Shown: positions 57,486 through 64,000 of the stretch, one piece after another
How the letters are laid out: each line of letters opens with the position of its first letter
Position numbering within the stretch: the first letter of the stretch is position 1
NCBI GenBank assembly: GCA_902496015.1
Contig: CABUZJ010000004.1
Location: 4,257 to 68,256 of the forward strand
DNA from: an uncultured Eubacteriales bacterium
GTDB taxonomy: Bacteria > Bacillota > Clostridia > Christensenellales > UBA1242
Direction of reading: 5' to 3'
Length of the DNA stretch: 64,000 nt
Translations under genes and position numbers: made by a program
The notes under the pieces: model-generated
Seen by the model: only the letters and a program-made list of their open reading frames with translations
Database searches by the model: none
What the model was told of the DNA's origin: nothing

Positions 57486-58800
57486 TTAGGATTGGTTGCC
57501 AGTCTTCCCGCCAAGAGGAGGCTGATGGACTAAAAGTTCTAATTCAGTCTCTTTTTCTTTTAAATTTTCATCATTTTTATGCAAATGGGAGTTCAAGTTG
57601 TCAGAACTCCCATTTTTGTTGTCAAAGTTATTTTCGCCTGTTTCTTTTTTTTCAAAATTTTCTAAAATTCTTTTTGCATAAAGTTCATCGTTATTTATCG
57701 CAAGTTCGTTTTCATTCCCTTTACTACCTCGCATAATCACAATAACTTTATCGTTTAATAAAATCACCTTTTTTTATAAATCGATTAAAAAATTCATTGC
57801 GTTTAAACATGTCGTCATAATCTTTGCTGGCAAACAGTGATATAAAATTTTTAACATCTTCAAAAATTAGTGGCTAATCAAACTTGCTCTTTTCTTCGGC
57901 AATTTTAAGCTGAATGTCCGCCCTGTCATTTTAAAGTTTGTAAAGAGTTTTACGAAGGGCAAGCGAAATCAGTCCCTGTTCCATATTCTTCACAAGACTA
58001 TCTATTTTATTGTTTATCTGCCTGAGTTCCTTTTGAAGGCATGTAAGCACAACATTGTTTGAAATCTCGGAGTTATATCTGTCCACAACCATATGCTCGA
58101 TCTCTTCAATTTTGCTTGGGGTTAAAATGTATTTTTTAGTTTTATCAATGATGAGTTGTTCAAGTTCATACTTGCGGTAGTTTCTAAACAAACACGACTT
58201 ACCCTTAACCTTTTTCGTGCGACACTTGTATTTTTATATCTTGTCCCCAAATGGCTGGACCCCGCCTCGGCAATCACACTTTCACCGCAGTATTCACAGA
58301 ATATTTTACCCGTTAAAAAGTAAGGGTCATATTTGTCCTTTTTGTAATTCCTGCGGTAGTGCTCCATAATGCCATTCAACACTTGCCACAACTTTTCTTC
58401 AACTATCGGAGGAATTACATCGGTAAAAATCTCACCGCCAAACTTTTCTATCCCCATATATCTTTGGTTGTGTAGTATCTTGGAAATCGCATTGCCAGTC
58501 CACTTTTTATCAGTTGTCGTTCTTGAACCTTGTGCGTTTAAGTGGTCTGCAATTTCGGTTGCCTTCTCGCCCACTGAATATTCATTAAACGCCTGTCGAA
58601 CAAATTGTGCATGCTCTTCATCAACCTTCCAGCGCTTGTCTTCAACTTTGTAACCATATGTAACCTGCCCACCTGTGTAATAGCCCTTAATCAAACTTTC
58701 ACGAACTCCACGCTTAACCTTTTGACTAAGCTCGACAGAATAATATTCCGCCATACCTTCAAGCACACTTTCCATTAAAATTCCGCTGCAAGAGATTTCA
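57486..58800 (-). pseudogene. Large serine recombinase lacking its catalytic N-terminus, with several frameshifts and stops
   Basis: ORFs 58122-58775 (recombinase domain + Zn ribbon CEYCGES), 57931-58191 and 57486-57767 (FFNRFIKKVILLNDKVIVI tail) are colinear fragments. Confidence 0.8.
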
Positions 58801-58829
58801 ACTTTGACAATTCAAAAAATGTTAAATAA

Positions 58830-59738
58830 AATGTTAGAAGAAAATTTAAGTTTACTATGTTAAGAAAACTAAATTCTTACTTAGGCAATTTTTTGAAGAT
58901 AATCAATTTTTGTTGGCAAATCCAATACACAAAAAGCCAAAGTTAAAAGTAAAGAAAGAAAAATTTACGATAGTGAAAATAAATATAAAGCTAATCCACT
59001 AGAAATTAAAAAAAATTTATAGATTGTTTAAATAACCATAAATTTTTAAAGCCACTTTGCTTTGTTATGATGTTTGCAGGGCTTCGCACTGGTGAAGCGT
59101 TGGCACTCACTTAGGAAAATATTGATTTAGACAAAAAACAATTAGTATTGAAAAAGCAATTTCTACAATTCCTAAACTTGACAAAAATGGTAAAATAGTA
59201 GAGCTTGTGACTGTTATAAGTGATACAAAAACAAGTAGCTCAGTAAGAACTGTTCTTATGCCAGTTATATTAGTTTCTGCTCTTAAAGATTATAAAATTG
59301 AACAAGAACTAAATGTCAATTTACACAATACAAATTTGAAAGATAAAAAAGCTTTGTTTTTTGCAAATAATGATGGAAGCATTAGAACATATACCGGAAC
59401 AAAAATTTTTTATAGATTTCAAAAAAAATATGGACTTGATAAATATGGAATACATTTTCAAACTTTAAGACACACTTATTCAAATATGCTTTTTGAGGCT
59501 GATCAAAACCCAAAGCTTATACAAGCATTGATTAGACATAAATCAGTAAAAAACACCAATCACAACATATAATTCTGTTGATAAGAGTTATTTTCAAAAA
59601 GCAACTGATGTTATAAACAATCAAAATAATACTAATAAAAATGCAGATAAAAATAATGATACTAAACAAGAAATATTTGAAGATGAACTAGAAGAATATT
59701 CACAATGGGAAAAAGAGAAAAAAATTTTTGAAATGTAA
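58830..59738 (+). pseudogene. Tyrosine integrase with an in-frame TAG and at least two frameshifts
   Basis: FAGLRTGEALALT*ENIDLD (W codon changed to TAG), ...QTLRHTYSNMLFE..., then the catalytic-Tyr region TTYNSV appears only in a shifted frame. Confidence 0.75.
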
Positions 59739-59869
59739 AAATACTATAAAGTAAAGTGTCACACAAATATTGATAGTGAAAAATTTTATGATAAAATGTG
59801 ATTAATTAAGGTTGGAAAGAAAACAATTCTTTTCAACCTTTTGCATTTAAAAAGGAGATTTGTTATAAT

Positions 59870-60454
59870 ATGAGCATATTTGATGATTTACTACGAATTG
59901 ATGAAAAAGGAAATATAATTTACAACAATTGGATTGAGTGGGATCATTTTCTAATACCTAACAAACCAGAATGGTTAAGGGAAATCTTAAGAAATTTAAT
60001 GGCACTTCTTGCACACTGTTTAAATTGTACCGCTTTAGATGGTTGTTATCTATTGGATAATAATAAACCAGATCAACCATTACATGAAAATTGTGATTGT
60101 AAAAAAAATTATATTAGTTTCTCAAAAGTTAAGATGAATGCGTCTGCTGAATGTGCAATTGAAAAATTTACTAAATATGTATTTACAAATAATAAGGATT
60201 CAAAAGGTAAAAACAAAATTTTTTATGATTTAGTTTATTCAATTGAAAATTCTCAATATTTAAAGAATTTATATTGCAAGCAAGCATTGGAGCAATATCT
60301 ATTAGGAAATTATAAATTAAAAAATCTTGATAGAAGAGGTCAAAGATTGGCTATACCAATAAATTTAAAAGGAACTATTTTTTATAGCGGCTGGATGTTG
60401 TATCCAGAAGGAAAGATTAAAAACACAACACCATTTGGAGGATGGATAAAATGA
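59870..60454 (+). CDS. MuF/SPP1-gp7-like Cys motif N-terminus + DUF6883-like C-terminus (putative toxin)
   Basis: CLNCTALDGCYLLDNNKPDQPLHENCDC. C-terminal KFTKYVF...KGKNKIFYDL...GQRLAIPINLKG...SGWMLYPEG...TPF. Confidence 0.5.
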   Translation: MSIFDDLLRIDEKGNIIYNNWIEWDHFLIPNKPEWLREILRNLMALLAHCLNCTALDGCYLLDNNKPDQPLHENCDCKKNYISFSKVKMNASAECAIEKFTKYVFTNNKDSKGKNKIFYDLVYSIENSQYLKNLYCKQALEQYLLGNYKLKNLDRRGQRLAIPINLKGTIFYSGWMLYPEGKIKNTTPFGGWIK

Positions 60455-60936
60455 AAAAATTTGATTTGATATCGTTAAAAAATGAAATACCATATAAAGA
60501 GTACAATCTTCAACAAGATATGCATGGAATAGTATTAGAATGTGATGCTAATAAATTAGATGTTTTGTTTTTTAATCCAAAAAATCAAGGTGATTATATT
60601 ATTGTGAAAATAAACAAACATGATGTTGCGATTGAAAAAGAAAAATTACCTGAAAATATTATAAAAGAATTGACTGCTAAATTAGACAACTTAAAATCCA
60701 AAGCAAAAGTCAAATTTGACTATATAGAATTCAAATCTTATGATGTAGTTGAATTATTGGTTGAAGATGAAAAATATACAAGATACGGAATACATAAAGG
60801 CGCCAGAGGGTGTGTAATGGATGATAATGCTGTTCAAGATTATATTGAAGTAGATTTTTCAGGAATAGACAAAAATGGGAATTATTATGGAGATTGTATT
60901 TCAGTAAAAATAAATGACCTAAAAGTTATAAAATAA
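60451..60936 (+). CDS. Tandem DUF4926-like (SH3-like) domain protein (putative antidote)
   Basis: Two repeats (FDLISLKNEI...MHGIVLE; YDVVELLVEDEKYTRYGIHKGARGCVMD). ATGA overlap with the upstream gene. Confidence 0.45.
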   Translation: MKKFDLISLKNEIPYKEYNLQQDMHGIVLECDANKLDVLFFNPKNQGDYIIVKINKHDVAIEKEKLPENIIKELTAKLDNLKSKAKVKFDYIEFKSYDVVELLVEDEKYTRYGIHKGARGCVMDDNAVQDYIEVDFSGIDKNGNYYGDCISVKINDLKVIK

Positions 60937-61337
60937 ATTGACAGCAATTGAAAATAGTTGACATCAAATGTATCAGTTTTAGAGAGTTTTTGACAGTATT
61001 TGACCCAAAGCGAAATTTGGTTGTTTTCGGTCTAATTTTTTGATTATTTTATACATAAAAAAATATTTGCTGTGAAAATTGCAACATTTACTTTCAAAAT
61101 TATGATAAAAATTTAAAGGAAAAATTTGTGTAAATTTTAATATTTTTAAAAATTATAAAATCACTACAATCATTTATTCATAAGGCATATAGCGATTTTA
61201 GAATAAAAAATGAGAGCAATTTCTGCTCTCAAATTTGGTTGGGATGAATAGATTTACATTTAACACTTATACTCTCTCTCGCTCGTGTAAGTTGGGGTAT
61301 AGTAAAAAAAGTGGATAATATCCACTCATTCAACTTT

Positions 61338-61392
61338 TGGTTGGGATGAGTGGACTTGAACCACCGACCCCCACCTTATCAGGGTGTGTACC
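61338..61392 (-). pseudogene. 3' ~55 nt of a tRNA-Ile(GAT) gene without its 5' part
   Basis: The reverse complement reads ..ACACC-CTGATAA-GGTGG-GGGTC-GGTGG-TTCAAGT-CCACT-CATCCCA-A-CCA. The terminal 14 nt are repeated at 61234-61247. Confidence 0.7.
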
Positions 61393-61711
61393 TAAATAAA
61401 AAATATTTTTTTCTATATTTTAAAATCCTTTTATTTACAGCACTTTTAGATAAGTGCTTTTTTAATTGCTACAATGAATTTTTAAAAAATTGTAGCAGTT
61501 TATAGCAAATATGACTTTTTTATCACATTTTTACCATTTTGCACTGCCTAAAGCTATTTAAAAAGATTTAAATTGCTCGTTATAATATAGAAATTTAAAA
61601 TATCAAGTTCTTATAAGAACTGTTCCTGATCAATTTCTTATGAATCTTTTATTGTAAACACAATATTGCTATCTTTCGTGTATAATATTTTTACATTTTC
61701 ATTAACATTTC

Positions 61712-62460
61712 TTAAATTTCCCAATGTAGATGTTTCTTTTTTACAAAATATTCGTAATTTGTTATAACAGCAAAATCTAGCTTATAAATATTTAAAGTTT
61801 CTGGAGAATTACTATTATCTTCTCCGTGTTGTGGCACCTTATAAATATTAATTTTTTTACTTATAAGTTTTGCAATATTCAAATTAATATTATTTATATA
61901 AGATACACTATCATATTTATCTAAGACATCTCTGGTTAACAGAATTGTTTTATTAAAATATTCCATATAAGCCACCATAGAATTTACATTTTCATTATAT
62001 TTAATTTTTCTGAAACTTTCACACCTCTTATCTAAATATGCTTTTTTTTATTAAATTTTGGATATTGTAAATTTGTATAGTCACATCATCCAAGTTTATT
62101 GACTTTACATTTCCAATATTAATATATTTATATTTATTATTAATTAGATCTTAGATATAATTAAAGTATTTTAACTCTTTTCCCCTATACTCTTCCGTGA
62201 CAATATCACCATCACAATTTGTATAACTAAAACACTATGTTTCTTTATATAAACACTATCAATCTCGAAAATATTAATTAACATTTCCAGGGATCCATAA
62301 TGGTCAATATGAAAATGAGTAATTAAAATAAAATCTAATTTCTCGCCATTTAATTTCTCTAAATAAAATTTAATTTTATCGAATTAACCATCGAAACCAG
62401 TATCTATTATTGCAAAATTGTTGTTTTTTTCTAAAATAATCACATCATTCCATGATGACT
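61712..62460 (-). pseudogene. MBL-fold (ComEC-C-like) hydrolase with an in-frame stop and frame breaks
   Basis: Own translation: ...NFAIIDTGFDG*FDKIKFYLEKLNGEKLDFILITHFHIDHYGS... and the downstream ORF ...YKVPQHGEDNS. Confidence 0.7.
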
Positions 62461-62582
62461 TTAAAAAAATGAATACGTAAATCTTTTATAATTATATTAT
62501 AAAACAAAATTATAAGATTTGCAATAATTTACTTATTATTTGCATTTAAACATATTTCATGATATTATGATATCGGAATAAA

Positions 62583-63149
62583 ATGAAAAAATATATATTA
62601 ACAAAAAAAGATTTAAAACATTTTCTAGATAAAGAACTTAAAATAGTAACCAAATATTGTAGTAAGTGGTTTATACGATTTTGTCCTTTTCTAATTTATG
62701 AAGAACAAATAAAGTATAAATTTATTAAAGCATTAAGAAAAGCAGAATATCATACAAACACTAAACATAAATTGCGCGGTTTGCACTATAGGAGTAAATT
62801 ATATCATTTACAAACAAAATATTGCCTCAAAATACCAATGAATTGTTGTGATATTGGTCTAAATATTGCCCATGTTGGCCCAATTATCATAAATGATAAT
62901 TGTATTATTGGAAAAAATTTTAAAGTAAATGTTGGCGTTAATATAGGAAATAATGAATTTGTAGACCATGTAAAATCTCCAGTATTAGGTGATAATATAT
63001 TCATTGGCCCTGGTGCCAAAATTTATGGAGATATTTATATAGCTAACAATTGCAGAATTGGAGCAAATGCAGTTGTTAATAAAAGTTGTATAACTGAATT
63101 CGCAACTTTAGTTGGAGTTCCTGCCATAATAAAAAATAAAAAAGGATAA
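62583..63149 (+). CDS. Hexapeptide-repeat O-acetyltransferase (serine acetyltransferase-like)
   Basis: Left-handed beta-helix repeats: IGKNFKVNVGVNIGN...IGPGAKIYGDIYIANNCRIGANAVV. Confidence 0.75.
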   Translation: MKKYILTKKDLKHFLDKELKIVTKYCSKWFIRFCPFLIYEEQIKYKFIKALRKAEYHTNTKHKLRGLHYRSKLYHLQTKYCLKIPMNCCDIGLNIAHVGPIIINDNCIIGKNFKVNVGVNIGNNEFVDHVKSPVLGDNIFIGPGAKIYGDIYIANNCRIGANAVVNKSCITEFATLVGVPAIIKNKKG

Positions 63150-63153
63150 AAAT

Positions 63154-64000
63154 ATGAAAATTACTGTTGTTGATATGGGTTACGTGGATTTATCTAATGC
63201 TCTTCTGTTTGCAACTAAACATGATGTTACAATTTTAGATATAAATAAAATTAAAGTGTAAAATTTTAATAATAACATATTATTTATTCACTAAGATATT
63301 TTTGACGAGTTTTTTAGTAAACAAGCTTTTTGCGATGACATTAATGCTTATATGTGTGATGATTATGTGATCATTGCATTACCCACAAATTTTAATTATA
63401 AAATTAATGCTTTTGCAACTAACACACTTGATAATGTTATTTCAAAAAATAAAATGTAATGAACGTGAAAGAATTATAATAAAATCCACAGTACCAATTG
63501 GCTATATTGAATATATAAAATAAACAAATTTTAATAACATACATTTTTGTCCTGAATATTAAGAGAAGATAAAGCTTTAACTGATTGTTTAAATCCTTCT
63601 AGTATTTTTGTTGGTGGAGATAATCAAAATATCAGTCCAGATTTATTTAAAAATTGTTGCAAAATTAAAAATGATAATATAATATCCCTTTCAATTTCAG
63701 AAGCAGCAGCAATAAAACTTTTTTCAAACACATATTTAGCTATAAGAGTTGCAATTTTTTAATGAAATATATACTTATGCATTGAAGAATTCATTAAATA
63801 CAAAAAATTATATTAAAAGAATTTGTAACGATTATAGGATTTGAGATTTTATAATAATCCTTCATTGGTTATGGAGGGTTTTGTTTACCTAAAGATACTT
63901 TACAGACATTTTCCCAAATCGAAAATTACTCACACATAATACAATCAATAAATAAATCCAACGAACAAAGAATTAAAAAGATCGTTGAATATATCAATAA
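63154..64000 (+). pseudogene. ugd: UDP-glucose 6-dehydrogenase, heavily decayed (continues past the window)
   Basis: MKITVVDMGYVDLSNALL...KV*NFNN..., IIIKSTVPIGY, CPEY(L)REDKAL, AAAIKLFSNTYLAIRVA, GFCLPKDT spread over three frames with several TAA stops. Confidence 0.8.

Noticed and set aside
57342-57533. Small hydrophobic peptide (..YIFVLGLVASLPAKRRLMD) encoded by the conserved 50-nt motif, possibly a type I toxin.
   Set aside because: The second copy (47106-47156) has no start codon in the corresponding frame; a TAA lies immediately upstream. The ORF also overlaps the protease promoter, so the conservation is more likely at the nucleic-acid level.
63154-64000. Possibility that in-frame TAA codons in ugd indicate stop-codon reassignment.
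   Set aside because: Many intact genes in the window terminate at TAA. In ugd the TAA codons co-occur with frameshifts, and neighbouring genes are also broken. Pseudogenisation explains it.

Overview
Very AT-rich bacterial DNA read with the standard code (TGA, TAA and TAG all act as stops). It looks like an anaerobic Bacillota/Mycoplasmatota-type genome. All domain calls come from motif recognition by eye; no searches were run.

Left third (about 0.5-23.9 kb): an accessory hotspot at a tRNA-Thr locus. One tRNA-Thr gene appears split at its anticodon loop (5' half 744-783, decayed 3' half 17458-17502) by a ~16.7 kb integrative mobilizable element. The element carries its own intact tRNA-Thr(GGT), a large serine recombinase, a TnpW-like protein, a ~400-nt imperfect palindrome, a frameshifted relaxase, an RHH protein, a sigma-like regulator and a tyrosine integrase. 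Its cargo is a defence island:
- an N6-MTase + DUF262-HNH + membrane-protein cassette
- a SLOG/DUF1273 gene
- dcm + a GHKL-ATPase/TIGR02391 protein
- hipBA
- an orphan 268-aa gene

A second accessory stretch (17.5-23.9 kb) holds a toxin-tip-like peptide + DUF4417/CPCC pair, a frameshifted ABC-F gene and a GNAT-ASCH fusion.

Middle (23.9-45 kb): a minus-strand polysaccharide locus that includes an in-frame flippase-GHMP kinase fusion, two large repeat lipoproteins and an ABC exporter.

Right (45-55 kb): two tRNA-Ser genes, small hydrolase/acetyltransferase genes, a third repeat lipoprotein, an H-domain-only [FeFe]-hydrogenase, and a nucleoside hydrolase followed by a divergent DAC-like protein.

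From 55 to 64 kb: a graveyard of decayed recombinases, a tRNA-Ile remnant, a trypsin-like protease cassette, a MuF/DUF6883 + DUF4926 pair and several pseudogenes.

The best candidates for an undescribed system are the 8.4-11.2 kb cassette and the dcm/GHKL-TIGR02391 operon.
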